DNA of 62,100 nt from an uncultured Muribaculaceae bacterium (GTDB taxonomy: Bacteria > Bacillota_I > Bacilli_A > RF39 > UBA660). The stretch spans positions 1 to 62,100 of the forward strand of contig CAYJNH010000001.1 in the NCBI GenBank assembly GCA_964371705.1. The letters run 5' to 3'. Below the pieces are notes generated by a model that was not told the DNA's origin, ran no database searches, and saw only the letters and a program-made list of their open reading frames with translations. This document shows, one piece after another, positions 18,241 through 28,354 of the stretch. A program made the position numbers and the translations under genes. The first letter of the stretch is position 1. Each line of letters starts with the position of its first letter.

Positions 18241-18639
18241 ATGTTAACATTAGCGTTTTGTGCAGAAACTTGGTCAATATGGAAATTAATTGGAGATATA
18301 CTAACGATATTTAAAATAGTAATTCCAGTAATTATAATAATAATGGGAGCTATTGATTTAGGAAAAGCAGTAGTATCAAGTAAAGAAGATGAAATAAAAA
18401 AAGCAACAGGATCTTTAATGAGAAGATTTATTGCAGGTATTATAATATTTTTTGTACCAACAATAGTAAATGTGGTATTTGGGGTAATTGATAATTTCAA
18501 TGGAGATGTTAAAAGTGACTTTTCAGTATGTTCAACTTGCTTAGCATCACCTAGTCAATGTCAATCTGCATCAAAAGAATACTGCGCAATTGCTGAAAAT
18601 GCTGCGGATTGTGTAGGTATTGTTTACGATACAGAATAA
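18241..18639 (+). CDS. two-TM membrane protein with Cys-rich C-terminal tail (paralog B)
   Basis: Near-identical N-terminal two-helix core. Diverged tail: CSTCLASPSQCQSASKEYCAIAENAADC. Confidence 0.55.
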   Translation: MLTLAFCAETWSIWKLIGDILTIFKIVIPVIIIIMGAIDLGKAVVSSKEDEIKKATGSLMRRFIAGIIIFFVPTIVNVVFGVIDNFNGDVKSDFSVCSTCLASPSQCQSASKEYCAIAENAADCVGIVYDTE

Positions 18640-18644
18640 TCAAC

Positions 18645-18675
18645 AAAAAAATGAACGAGAGTTCATTTTTATTTT
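18645..18675. terminator. bidirectional rho-independent terminator
   Basis: aaaaaatgaac / gttcattttt stem with GAGA loop and flanking A/T runs, between convergent genes. Confidence 0.65.
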
Positions 18676-19088
18676 GTTAAAGTATATATATTATAACTAT
18701 TTTTATTATTACAAGAAAGAGTAGTTTTAATGCTATAAGTATTTTCAGATATATAAGTTAATTTAGAATAACTATTTTTTAAAATACAATCATTTAAATC
18801 GTAAGTAAAGTTAGATAACTTATTTTCTTCAAATAATAATTTAAAATCTACAGTAACAGCTTCATTAAGTTTAGTTGGAAGCTCACTTTCGTTAAAATAT
18901 TCTATCGCTGCATTTTCAAATGATTGTAAATTAGAATTGAACTTAAGTTGCTCATCACTAGTTGGAGCAGTTGCTTTAGTAGTAAAATAAAACATTATAA
19001 CAAGTATAATACCTATTACTAAAAATATTCCGATTTTAATTAATAATATTTTCATATCAAGTGGTCTTTTAGGTATTTCTTCGTACAT
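18669..19088 (-). CDS. hypothetical N-terminally anchored extracytoplasmic protein
   Basis: 139 aa with a single TM helix (ILLIKIGIFLVIGIILVIMFYF). No motif recognised. Confidence 0.45.
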   Translation of the reverse strand: MYEEIPKRPLDMKILLIKIGIFLVIGIILVIMFYFTTKATAPTSDEQLKFNSNLQSFENAAIEYFNESELPTKLNEAVTVDFKLLFEENKLSNFTYDLNDCILKNSYSKLTYISENTYSIKTTLSCNNKNSYNIYTLTK

Positions 19089-19224
19089 AATTCATCTCCT
19101 AACTTTTAATTAATCGTTATTCTACCATAAATCATAAAAATAGTCAATGTATTTAATGTGATACAATATATATAAATTGATTAGATTATATATTTATGAT
19201 ATTATATAAAAGTAAGGAGAAAAT

Positions 19225-20118
19225 ATGAGTTTAATAATAGAAAATTTAAATAAAACATATGGAAGTAAAAAAGTAGTAAATAATATATCATTTAAATTAG
19301 AAAAACCTGGTATATTTGGATTACTCGGAACAAATGGCGCCGGAAAAACAACAACAATAAGAATGATTTTAGGTATCTTAAATAAAGATAGTGGAACTAT
19401 ATTATGGAATGATAAAGAAGTATCAAGAAAAGAAGTTAACTTTGGATATTTACCTGAAGAAAGAGGTTTATACCCAAAAAGTAAAATTTACGACCAAATA
19501 GTATACTTTGCAAAGCTTAAAGGAATGAAAAAAGAATTAATAGATAAAGAAATTAATTACTGGTTTAAAAGGTTAGAAGTAGAAGAATATAGAAACATGC
19601 TAGCAGAGCAGCTATCTAAAGGAAATCAACAAAAAATACAGTTTATTATATCAATAATACATAACCCTGATTTAATAGTCTTAGACGAACCTTTTTCTGG
19701 ATTAGATCCAGTTAATACAGAATTATTAAAAAGTGTTGTATTAGAGCTTATAAACAAGAATAAATACATAATAATGTCATCTCATCAAATGAATGCTATT
19801 GAAGAGTTTTGTACAGATATACTAATTCTTGATCATGGTAAAAATGTAATGCATGGCAATATAGAAAGTATAAAAGATACATATGATGCAAAAGAAGTAA
19901 TAGTAAACACTAAAGAAGACATAATATCTATTTTAAGTGATTTAAAATTTGATTACAATAAAATCAATAATACATATAGTATACAAATAAATAAGGAAAA
20001 AGACGCTCATAAAATAATAAATTTATTAATAGAAAACAAAGTATTTATTAATAAATTTGAAATAAAAAAACCAAGTTTACATGATATTTTTGTAGACAAA
20101 GTTAAAGGAGGGAAGTAA
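19225..20118 (+). CDS. ABC transporter ATP-binding protein (ABC-2 / NatA-like exporter)
   Basis: Walker A GTNGAGKTTT, signature LSKGNQQK, Walker B LDEPFSGLD. Confidence 0.9.
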   Translation: MSLIIENLNKTYGSKKVVNNISFKLEKPGIFGLLGTNGAGKTTTIRMILGILNKDSGTILWNDKEVSRKEVNFGYLPEERGLYPKSKIYDQIVYFAKLKGMKKELIDKEINYWFKRLEVEEYRNMLAEQLSKGNQQKIQFIISIIHNPDLIVLDEPFSGLDPVNTELLKSVVLELINKNKYIIMSSHQMNAIEEFCTDILILDHGKNVMHGNIESIKDTYDAKEVIVNTKEDIISILSDLKFDYNKINNTYSIQINKEKDAHKIINLLIENKVFINKFEIKKPSLHDIFVDKVKGGK

Positions 20119-20119
20119 T

Positions 20120-21358
20120 ATGTTAGATTTATATGAAGTAGGTAAATTTACTGTACTAGAACTCATAAGAAAGAAAGTTTTTATTATAACTAATATTATA
20201 TTTTTAATAATAATATTAATAGCTTTAAATATAAATAACATATTAAAATTATTTGATGTAAACATTGAAGATGCATTTATTGAACATGCACTGGTAATTG
20301 ATTCAGAAAATTTAATGAAAGATAATTTAGTTTCAAATGAAGTTCTTGAAAATACCATAACTTTTGACGTTGAAAATAAAAATTATACAAAAGAAGAAAT
20401 AAAAAATGTAGTAGATGAAAATGAATATGATTACGTAGTAGAATTAACTAAAACTGAAAATATAGATATCATTTATACATCTAGTAATGGTGAAACAACA
20501 TATAATTTTGAATTTTTATTATCATACATAAAAGAAACATATAAAATGGTTCAGCTTTATTCACTTAACTTAACTGAAGAAGAAATTAACAATGTTAATC
20601 CGATATTTGAACTTGAATTAGTTTCAACTAATCCAGAAGAAGAAACTGGAGCAGTTGGAGCGGGTATTGGAATAATTTTATCATCTATAATGTTTTTAGG
20701 AATATATATGTTTGCTTATCAAGTATCTGGAGCAGTAACAACAGAGAAAACATCTAAGATTGTAGAAACATTACTTACATCAACTAATAGTAAAAATATT
20801 ATTTTAGGAAAAACATTGGGTATAGGATTATTAGGAATATGTCAAATATTGTTTTTAACTATTTTCACTGTAGTTGGAGCATATATATTTTTACCAGCTG
20901 GTATAATTGAAGAAATTGCTTCACAAATAAATTTAACAATAGCACTAGTTAGCTTCATATATTTTGTACTAGGTTACTTATTATATTCATTTTTATTTGC
21001 TTTATCAGGAGCGATGGTAAATAGATTAGAAGATGTAAATATAGTAAATACTCCAGTAAATTTAATTGCGGTATTAGGATTTTATTTAGGATATTTTACA
21101 ATGACTGATACTAGTGGAATATTAAATAAAGTTGCTTCATACATTCCAATATCATCGATGTTTTCAATGCCATCAAGATATTTTATGGGAGTAGCATCGA
21201 TTACTGAGGTAATTATTTCAATAGGTATATTAATAATTACTATTATATTAATAGCGTATATATCAATAAGAATATATTCAAATGCAATATTAAATAATGG
21301 TAGCAAAATGAGCGTTAAAGGATTAATACAATTATATAAACAAAAAGATAAAATTTAA
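20120..21358 (+). CDS. ABC-2 type permease (NatB-like)
   Basis: Tightly coupled to the ATPase. N-terminal TM helix, large extracytoplasmic loop, then about 5 TM helices. Confidence 0.75.
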   Translation: MLDLYEVGKFTVLELIRKKVFIITNIIFLIIILIALNINNILKLFDVNIEDAFIEHALVIDSENLMKDNLVSNEVLENTITFDVENKNYTKEEIKNVVDENEYDYVVELTKTENIDIIYTSSNGETTYNFEFLLSYIKETYKMVQLYSLNLTEEEINNVNPIFELELVSTNPEEETGAVGAGIGIILSSIMFLGIYMFAYQVSGAVTTEKTSKIVETLLTSTNSKNIILGKTLGIGLLGICQILFLTIFTVVGAYIFLPAGIIEEIASQINLTIALVSFIYFVLGYLLYSFLFALSGAMVNRLEDVNIVNTPVNLIAVLGFYLGYFTMTDTSGILNKVASYIPISSMFSMPSRYFMGVASITEVIISIGILIITIILIAYISIRIYSNAILNNGSKMSVKGLIQLYKQKDKI

Positions 21359-21388
21359 AACAAACTTGATAAAAAAGTTTGTTTTTTT
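21357..21388 (+). terminator. rho-independent terminator
   Basis: aaaacaaactt / aagtttgtttt stem followed by a T-run. Confidence 0.7.
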
Positions 21389-21424
21389 AATGAGATAAGT
21401 GTTATAATTAAATGGGAATATTAT

Positions 21425-22504
21425 ATGAATAAAGAAATAAAAAAAGTTCTTAATAAAATTGAAAAAGAAGGATATGAAGCCTACATAGTAGGTGGTTTTG
21501 TTCGTGATAAAATATTAAACAGAAAATCTTTAGATGTAGATATATGTACTAATGCACTTCCCAAAGACATACATAGTATGTTTGTAAATAATACATTCAA
21601 TAATTATGGTGGTATTAATATTAAAATCAATAAATTTAATATAGATATTACAACATATAGACAAGAGTTAAGATATGAAGGAAGAAAACCTGTTGAAATA
21701 AAATATATAAATAATTTAATAGATGATTTAAAAAGAAGAGACTTTACAGTAAATACTTTATGTATGAATCAAAATGGAAAAATAATAGATTTACTAGATG
21801 GAAAAGCAGATATAAAAAAAAGACTGTTAAAAATTGTTGGTGATCCAGATAAAAAGTTAAGTGAGGATCCTTTAAGAATATTAAGGGCAATAAGATTTGC
21901 TTGTGTATTAAATTTTAATATAGATGATAATTTAAAATTATCCATTATTAACAATGCGTCATATGTAAAAACTTTATCTAATGAAAGAGTTAGAGAGGAA
22001 TTAAATAAAATATTATTATCTAAAAATTTTTATTATGGAATAACTTTATTAAAAGAATTAAATATAGCAAAAGAGTTAGATATTACATTTAATAATGTAA
22101 AATACTCAAGTGATTTATATGTGATGTATAGTCAATTAAACATATCAGAAAAATATTTCACAAAAAATGAAATAAATACAATAAATAAAATAAAAGAAAT
22201 TATAAAGTATGGTAAAATAGATTACATGACATTATATAACTATGGATTATATTTATGTATGATGACTGGTGAAACAATGGGGTATACACACTCAGGAATT
22301 AACAAAGTATATAAAACTATGGAATTAAATGAAAGTAAGCCTCTTGATATCAAATCAGATGAAATAATAAAAATATTAAATATAGAGCCAGGTATCAAAA
22401 TAAAAGAAATACAAAATGAAATAACAAATAAAATATTAGAAGGAAAATTGAAAAATAATAATAAGGAATTAAAAAAATACTTATTAAACAGGGTGGAAGT
22501 ATGA
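21425..22504 (+). CDS. cca: CCA-adding tRNA nucleotidyltransferase
   Basis: GGFVRD, D.D and RRDFTVN motifs of class II nucleotidyltransferases. Confidence 0.85.
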   Translation: MNKEIKKVLNKIEKEGYEAYIVGGFVRDKILNRKSLDVDICTNALPKDIHSMFVNNTFNNYGGINIKINKFNIDITTYRQELRYEGRKPVEIKYINNLIDDLKRRDFTVNTLCMNQNGKIIDLLDGKADIKKRLLKIVGDPDKKLSEDPLRILRAIRFACVLNFNIDDNLKLSIINNASYVKTLSNERVREELNKILLSKNFYYGITLLKELNIAKELDITFNNVKYSSDLYVMYSQLNISEKYFTKNEINTINKIKEIIKYGKIDYMTLYNYGLYLCMMTGETMGYTHSGINKVYKTMELNESKPLDIKSDEIIKILNIEPGIKIKEIQNEITNKILEGKLKNNNKELKKYLLNRVEV

Positions 22505-23121
22505 GAAAAGATAATAAAAAATTTGTAATTGATACTAAATATATAAAATATTCTTTATCAAAAGAGCTTAATATAAATGAATTTTTATTACTTATGTATT
22601 TTGAAAATGAATATGACCCGATATTTGATATAAATATTATACAAAAATTTACTTCTCTAAAAGAAGAAAGTATAATGGAAGCTTTTTCATCTTTGGTTTT
22701 AAAAAAAATAATAAATGTGGAATTAGGTAAAAATGAAAGTAATAAAACTGTTGAAAAAATAGTGTTAAATGATTTTTATGATAATTTAAAAACTGAAAGT
22801 AAAAAAACTGAAAAAAAAGAAACTACAAAAGATATTTTTAGTATATTTGAAGAAAAATTTGGAAGAACATTATCAGGTATGGATTTTGAAATAATTAAAG
22901 CCTGGATTGAAAAAGACTTTAAAGAAGAAATAATACTAGAAGCATTAAATGAAGCATCATATAACGGGGTAACTAATCTTAGATATATAGACAAAATTCT
23001 TTATGACTGGAATAAAAAAGGGATAAAAACAAAAGAAGATTTAACTAATAAAAATCAAGTAGAAAAAGAAGAAGAGTTTGAAACAAGTATTTTAAATTTC
23101 GATTGGTTAGACAATGAATAA
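22501..23121 (+). CDS. dnaD: DnaD-family replication initiation protein
   Basis: C-terminal DnaD/DnaB_2 repeat (FEEKFGRTLSGMDFEIIKAWIE...NLRYIDKILYDWNKKGIKT). Conserved dnaD-nth adjacency. Confidence 0.75.
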   Translation: MRKDNKKFVIDTKYIKYSLSKELNINEFLLLMYFENEYDPIFDINIIQKFTSLKEESIMEAFSSLVLKKIINVELGKNESNKTVEKIVLNDFYDNLKTESKKTEKKETTKDIFSIFEEKFGRTLSGMDFEIIKAWIEKDFKEEIILEALNEASYNGVTNLRYIDKILYDWNKKGIKTKEDLTNKNQVEKEEEFETSILNFDWLDNE

Positions 23122-23722
23122 TATTGAAGGCAAGTTAAATCAAATGTTTCCAAATCCTGTATGTGAACTAGAATATAATAAAGATTATGAATTATTAATA
23201 TCAACAATGTTGTCAGCTCAGTCTACGGATAAAAGAGTTAATAAAGTAGCAAAAGAGTTATATAAAAATAGTTTAATTGAATTAAGAGATATGGATATAA
23301 TAAAACTTGAAACCATCATTAGATCCGTTGGTTCATACCACAAAAAGGCTTTTTATATAAAAGAAATAACTAAGTCATTAATAAAAGATCAAAATAGTAT
23401 AGTTCCAAATAATAGAGAATATTTAGAAAGCCTACCTGGAGTCGGTAGAAAAACAACAAGCGTTGTATTAGCAAATTTATTTAATGAACCAAGCATAGCA
23501 GTAGATACTCATGTAACAAGAGTTTCAAATATTTTAGATATAGTAGATAATGAATACAATGTTGTGAAGATTGAAAAGCAAATAAAAAAAGAATTTGACA
23601 AAGAAATTTGGAATAAAATTAATAGTCAAATGGTTCTTTTTGGAAGATATATATGCAAGGCAAAAAAGCCTGATTGCATTAATTGTTCTTTTGAAAAAGA
23701 ATGCAAAAAAAAACCTATTTAG
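23114..23722 (+). CDS. nth: endonuclease III
   Basis: HhH-GPD fold (LPGVGRKTTSVVL, VDTHV) and a C-terminal 4-Cys Fe-S cluster loop (CKAKKPDCINCSFEKEC). Confidence 0.9.
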   Translation: MNNIEGKLNQMFPNPVCELEYNKDYELLISTMLSAQSTDKRVNKVAKELYKNSLIELRDMDIIKLETIIRSVGSYHKKAFYIKEITKSLIKDQNSIVPNNREYLESLPGVGRKTTSVVLANLFNEPSIAVDTHVTRVSNILDIVDNEYNVVKIEKQIKKEFDKEIWNKINSQMVLFGRYICKAKKPDCINCSFEKECKKKPI

Positions 23723-23730
23723 GTTTTTTT
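23705..23730. terminator. bidirectional terminator between nth and ponA
   Basis: aaaaaaacct / aggttttttt inverted repeat. Confidence 0.6.
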
Positions 23731-23741
23731 TAATTGAATAA

Positions 23742-26354
23742 TTATGGTGTACTTTCAGTTTCTGGTTTAGTGCTTTCTTCCTCAGTACCGTCTGTTACAG
23801 CATCATCTACATTAGAATCAGCTGTAGTTGTTATTTTTGTTTTAACGCCATCACTTTCCATTTGTTTGTATTTTGTTAATGATGATACTACAACAAAATT
23901 TTGAGTTTCCCCTGCTTTAAATTCATCATAGGTAAATGAATTAGTAGCAGTACTTCCAATAAGAGTTAACGTACCATTAGTATCTAAGTATATATCATAT
24001 ATCACATCACCCATATAAGAGTTATTGTAGTTTATTCTAGCTTCATAATATTTAGCAGCATGATCTCCATAATATTCATTAAAATATTCAGTAAGGAAAG
24101 TTGGATTTAAATAATCAGGAGTTTTAATTTTATCCCATGTAAGTTTAATTTCTTTTCCATCATATGTAGATTTTAAGTTAGTAACATCTTCAAGACTATC
24201 ATATCTACTAGAAACCTCAGTAGGTTGAGTACCACTTTTAAATTGAGCAGAAATAATTTCCTCTTCAGGAGTATTAGGTCCAGCTAATTGAAGTGGGTAA
24301 GTGCTTTTTTCTACTTGTACAGTAACTATATTAGCAGTGGAATTAGTAAATCTTTGATTTGCATTATATATCTGTTCGCCAACAGCTTTACTTAATCCGT
24401 TTCTAACAGGACCTGCAAGTGCACTAGTTAAGTAATATTCACTACTAAGTTTATCGTATCCAATCCAAGTAGAGAATGAATACTCTGGATTATAACTTGT
24501 AACCCAGTTATCCATTATAGCCCAAGAAGGAATACCTAGACTTTCAGCAGCTTTAGCATCAATAGTTGAGGTACCAGTTTTAGCAGCTAAATCAGTTCCA
24601 GAAACATATATTCCAGAAACACCACTTCCAACAAGCATATTATTTACCAAATATGCAGTTTCAGCACTCATTGCTCTTTCTTTAGTATATTTATGTTCAA
24701 TTACTTCTTCGCTGTCATTAATACTAACTTTGGTAACTGAGTAAGGTTCAATGTAATAACCATCTCTACCAAATGCAGCATAAGCAGCACTAAGTTCAAT
24801 AGGAGATACTCCATCAAATCCACCAATAGATGCAGATTCATAAAGGTCAGTACCATAATCAATTCCTAGGTTATGTACAAAGTCTTCAATATAACCTAAG
24901 TCAACTTCAGCTACTTGTTGAAAAGCAAGTAGAGCTGGAATATTTCTAGAAGCAACTAGTGCATCTTTCATAGTCATTTCTCCCCAGAACTGATTATCCC
25001 AGTTTCTCATAGCAGTTCCACCAGTATAATTAGCTGCTTCATCTAAAAAGAACGAAGATGGAGAACTGTTTAAATATTCAATATGTGGACCAAATGCAAA
25101 TATAGGTTTTGCTGTAGAACCTGGTTGTCTTCTTACATCAGCTCTATTAGTACCAGTAGGTTGATAGTCAACACCACCACTCATAGCAACTATTGAACCA
25201 TTTTCCATACTAGTAATAGCCATACCGAATTGTAAGTTACCATAACTATCAGGTATATCATAACTTTCTCCAGTTTCAACTTTATGTAATATTTGTTGAA
25301 TGTTAGGATCAATTGTAGTATATATTTTCATAGGAACATAATATGGATTTAATCCATCAGGATTAGCATCAGATTTTGTTAATTCTCTTACTTCTTCAAG
25401 TACATAATCAATAGGTGCTTGTAAATAATTTGAAGTAGTTTCAGATTGCTCTTTTAATAAAGACTCAACAGGTACATCTAATACAGCTTCTTTTTCATCT
25501 TCAGAAATATATCCATGTCTTACCATAAGAGTTAAAACTATTTCTTGTCTGCTTCTAGCACTTTCAGGATTTTTATATGGATTATGAGCATCAGGAGCTT
25601 GGAACATTCCAGCAAGTAGTGATGCTTCAGCAAGTGTTAACTCAGTAACTGATTTTCCAAACAAATATTCAGAACCTTGCTCCACACCTGTAATACCAGT
25701 ATAGTTAACATTGTTATCATTACCAAGCCATTGTGAATTAACATAAAATTCAATAATTTCTTCTTTTGTATAAGAACTTTCTAATTTAAAAATTGACATA
25801 TATACATCAGTTAATTTACGTATTATACCACTAATACCACTAGTTTCAGATGCATCTGTGTATGTGTTTTTTACAACTTGCATTGATAAAGTAGAAGCTC
25901 CACCAGCTTCATCGTTTCCTAGTAACTGACCTATAGTAGCTACTGCAAATCTAGGTGCATCAAGACCAGTATGTTGGAAAAATCTAGAATCTTCAGTAGC
26001 CACAATGGCATCAATTAATACCTGAGGTAACTCTTCATAAGAAACTAATTCAATATTATTTTCACCGGTTCTCATTAATTCATTTCCATTAACATCATAT
26101 ATTATAGTAGCTTCTTTTTCATATAATAATTCTTTGTTAAAGTCTGGAGCAGTAAGAATAACATATAATCCCAGTAAAAGAATAGAAGTAGTTAGTAGTA
26201 TAGCAATTGTAAGAATAGATCCCAATATAATTGCTTTTACATTAATTTTTTTCTTCTTTTTAGTAGTATCAATTTTTTTTGTTTTCTTTACTTTTTCAGC
26301 TTTAACCTTTGGGGCTTTCTTTTTTTTACTTTTATTTAATATTTTTAATTTCAT
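23742..26354 (-). CDS. ponA: bifunctional class A penicillin-binding protein (PBP1A-type)
   Basis: Glycosyltransferase motifs EDSRFFQHTGLD and RKL. Transpeptidase motifs STAKP, SRN and KTGT. N-terminal TM helix. recU-ponA arrangement as in Bacillus. Confidence 0.9.
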   Translation of the reverse strand: MKLKILNKSKKKKAPKVKAEKVKKTKKIDTTKKKKKINVKAIILGSILTIAILLTTSILLLGLYVILTAPDFNKELLYEKEATIIYDVNGNELMRTGENNIELVSYEELPQVLIDAIVATEDSRFFQHTGLDAPRFAVATIGQLLGNDEAGGASTLSMQVVKNTYTDASETSGISGIIRKLTDVYMSIFKLESSYTKEEIIEFYVNSQWLGNDNNVNYTGITGVEQGSEYLFGKSVTELTLAEASLLAGMFQAPDAHNPYKNPESARSRQEIVLTLMVRHGYISEDEKEAVLDVPVESLLKEQSETTSNYLQAPIDYVLEEVRELTKSDANPDGLNPYYVPMKIYTTIDPNIQQILHKVETGESYDIPDSYGNLQFGMAITSMENGSIVAMSGGVDYQPTGTNRADVRRQPGSTAKPIFAFGPHIEYLNSSPSSFFLDEAANYTGGTAMRNWDNQFWGEMTMKDALVASRNIPALLAFQQVAEVDLGYIEDFVHNLGIDYGTDLYESASIGGFDGVSPIELSAAYAAFGRDGYYIEPYSVTKVSINDSEEVIEHKYTKERAMSAETAYLVNNMLVGSGVSGIYVSGTDLAAKTGTSTIDAKAAESLGIPSWAIMDNWVTSYNPEYSFSTWIGYDKLSSEYYLTSALAGPVRNGLSKAVGEQIYNANQRFTNSTANIVTVQVEKSTYPLQLAGPNTPEEEIISAQFKSGTQPTEVSSRYDSLEDVTNLKSTYDGKEIKLTWDKIKTPDYLNPTFLTEYFNEYYGDHAAKYYEARINYNNSYMGDVIYDIYLDTNGTLTLIGSTATNSFTYDEFKAGETQNFVVVSSLTKYKQMESDGVKTKITTTADSNVDDAVTDGTEEESTKPETESTP

Positions 26355-26899
26355 TTATAATCCTCCATTAATTTATCTATACCTATTATGTAATCTAAAC
26401 CTTTATTATAATTATAATATATTTCTATACTATTTTCACATATATATTCATATGGTATACTTTTTCTTGTATAATTTTGTATAAAGTCTAATATAGTTAT
26501 CCCGTTTAAAATAAAATATTTGTTATTCATAGATAATATGATAAAAGCTATTCCTCCATGAGTAATAATATTTTTAATATGCTCCAACTGATGCATGTGG
26601 ATATTAGATAACGAATAAGAAGTTTTATTCATAGTTTCCTTAGCATCAAACTCAATATATTTACCATTATATATCCCATTATAATCAAGAGTAGATTGCT
26701 CTTTAAAATACGCATCTGTTATTTTTGAACCACAAGATTTTACTATACCAATAGGTGTAGGTTTTTTGTAAATAATTGCTATACTTTGTTCTAAATAATA
26801 AGAATTAGCATCATTTATTATACTTTCCAATACCATACCACGATTTGAATAACTTTTGAATTTGATAGTATTTTTTTTAATATTATTTGGATATTTCAC
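26351..26899 (-). CDS. recU: Holliday junction resolvase RecU
   Basis: Typical RecU N-terminus (...NRGM.LE..IN..N.YY) and an ATGA overlap with ponA. Confidence 0.8.
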   Translation of the reverse strand: MKYPNNIKKNTIKFKSYSNRGMVLESIINDANSYYLEQSIAIIYKKPTPIGIVKSCGSKITDAYFKEQSTLDYNGIYNGKYIEFDAKETMNKTSYSLSNIHMHQLEHIKNIITHGGIAFIILSMNNKYFILNGITILDFIQNYTRKSIPYEYICENSIEIYYNYNKGLDYIIGIDKLMEDYK

Positions 26900-27104
26900 C
26901 TAATCACCTTATATACATTATAACATATTTTAAAAAAATAATCTCTATAAAAATAATGAAATCTTTTGTCGAAAATAAATTTTGTTAATCACAATAGTGT
27001 AAAATGTAATTGGAGGATGGTTATGAGAGTAGATTTTTTCTTAAATGAATTAATAAAAAAGGTAAATTCAGCAAATTCTAAAATTTATAATTTATCTAAG
27101 CACC

Positions 27105-27134
27105 TTGACAAAGAAGGGTAAAATCAAGTATAAT
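27105..27134 (+). promoter_or_regulatory. sigma-A-type promoter upstream of gpsB/rnpB
   Basis: TTGACA (27105-27110), 18 nt spacer, TATAAT (27129-27134). Confidence 0.5.
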
Positions 27135-27158
27135 TTTTATTGTTAGAAGGTGTTTAAG

Positions 27159-27488
27159 ATGTATACTGATAGAATTTATTTAACTCCACAGGAACTATAT
27201 GAATATGATTTCAAACAAGATGCAGTAGGCTACAGAATGAAAGAAGTAGACAAAGTTCTTGATATGGTTATTAGAGATGAAACAGAGTACATTAATACAA
27301 TTAAAAGTCAAGAAAAACAAATAAAAGATTTAACTGACGATAATATAAAACTTAAGCAAGAACTTAGAAGAACTAAGATGGAGCTTGAAGAAATGGGAAA
27401 AATTGAACATTTAGGAGCCCCAAATAATGTAGACCTTCTAAAAAGAATTAGTCAGTTAGAAAAAATAGTATATGAAAAATTAGATTAA
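27159..27488 (+). CDS. gpsB: DivIVA-domain cell-cycle protein GpsB
   Basis: LTPQELYEYDFKQDAVGYRMKEVDKVLD is a DivIVA N-terminal domain. Short coiled coil. Position next to recU-ponA and rnpB as in B. subtilis. ATG at 27159 is preferred over the track start at 27150. Confidence 0.75.
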   Translation: MYTDRIYLTPQELYEYDFKQDAVGYRMKEVDKVLDMVIRDETEYINTIKSQEKQIKDLTDDNIKLKQELRRTKMELEEMGKIEHLGAPNNVDLLKRISQLEKIVYEKLD

Positions 27489-27834
27489 AACTGGGCAAAT
27501 GCTGCATAATTTTATTGTGTAGAGGAAAGTCCATGCTCGCATAAACTGAGATGTTTATAGTGTTTGTGTTTAGGGAAACAATAACCTAAAGTAACTTCGG
27601 TTAACGGCTTTGAAATAACCTTTAATGGTTAGAGTAAATTTAAAAGTGCCACAGAAACGAGTTTTTTAGGAAACTAAAAAAATGAAACGAGGTAAACCCC
27701 ACAAGCGAGAAACCCAAATTTTGGTAGGGGAACTTTTACAAGGGAATTTAACTAAGTAAAAGGCTAGTAATAGCAGATAAATATTTGCCGCTTTCAATAT
27801 GAAAGTACAGAACATGGCTTATAAGTTTTAATTT
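27484..27834 (+). ncRNA. rnpB: RNase P RNA, type B
   Basis: Hallmark strings GAGGAAAGTCCATGCTCGC, AGTGCCACAGAAACG, GGTAAACCCC, GCGAGAAACCCAAATTTTGGTAGGGGAAC and ACAGAACATGGCTTA. P1 pairing of attaaaact (27484-) with agttttaat (about 27825-27833). End positions are accurate to about 5 nt. Confidence 0.9.
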
Positions 27835-27857
27835 TTTTAAATATATTATAAAAAGGA

Positions 27858-28343
27858 GTGAAAAAAGTGGACGAGATAGGTAGTCTTTTAAAAGAGACAA
27901 GGGAATCGTCAGGAGTGAGCATCAGCGAAGCTTGTAAAGATTTAGATGTGAATGAACTCAGTATAGAAAATATAGAAAGTGGAAAAATAGGATCTTTTAA
28001 AGATGTTTTTGAATTAAAAAAATTAATATATGATTATTCAAAATATCTCGGTTTAGATTCTGATAAAATTATAGACGACTTTAATTATTATTTATTTGAA
28101 TATACTTCTAAAATACCAGTAAAAGAACTTGAAAAAACAATTGAGTTAAAATTTAAAGAAGAAAATGAAGAAAAAAATAAGGTTGTGTCACCTTATACTA
28201 AAGTTAAGAAAAAAGCAGACTCAAAGTATTACATACTAGTATATGTTTTAATAGCACTTTTAGTAGTTTTAGCAATGGCTTGGGCTATAAGACAAGTTAC
28301 TATAGCAAGGGATTCTGCAACTGTGATAAGTTATAGAAGATAA
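27858..28343 (+). CDS. RodZ-like cytoskeleton protein (XRE-type HTH plus TM anchor)
   Basis: N-terminal HTH (IGSLLKETRESSGVSISEACKDLDV), one TM helix near the C-terminus, and a position upstream of pgsA as ymfM/rodZ has in Bacillus. Confidence 0.6.
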   Translation: MKKVDEIGSLLKETRESSGVSISEACKDLDVNELSIENIESGKIGSFKDVFELKKLIYDYSKYLGLDSDKIIDDFNYYLFEYTSKIPVKELEKTIELKFKEENEEKNKVVSPYTKVKKKADSKYYILVYVLIALLVVLAMAWAIRQVTIARDSATVISYRR

Positions 28344-28354
28344 AGGAGTAAAAA

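Noticed and set aside
27023-27121. 32-codon ORF (MRVDFFLNELIKKVNSANSKIYNLSKHLDKEG) with a GGAGG RBS, between recU and gpsB.
   Set aside because: It contains the gpsB promoter elements and has no recognisable similarity to anything. It cannot be distinguished from chance in AT-rich DNA without expression or conservation data.
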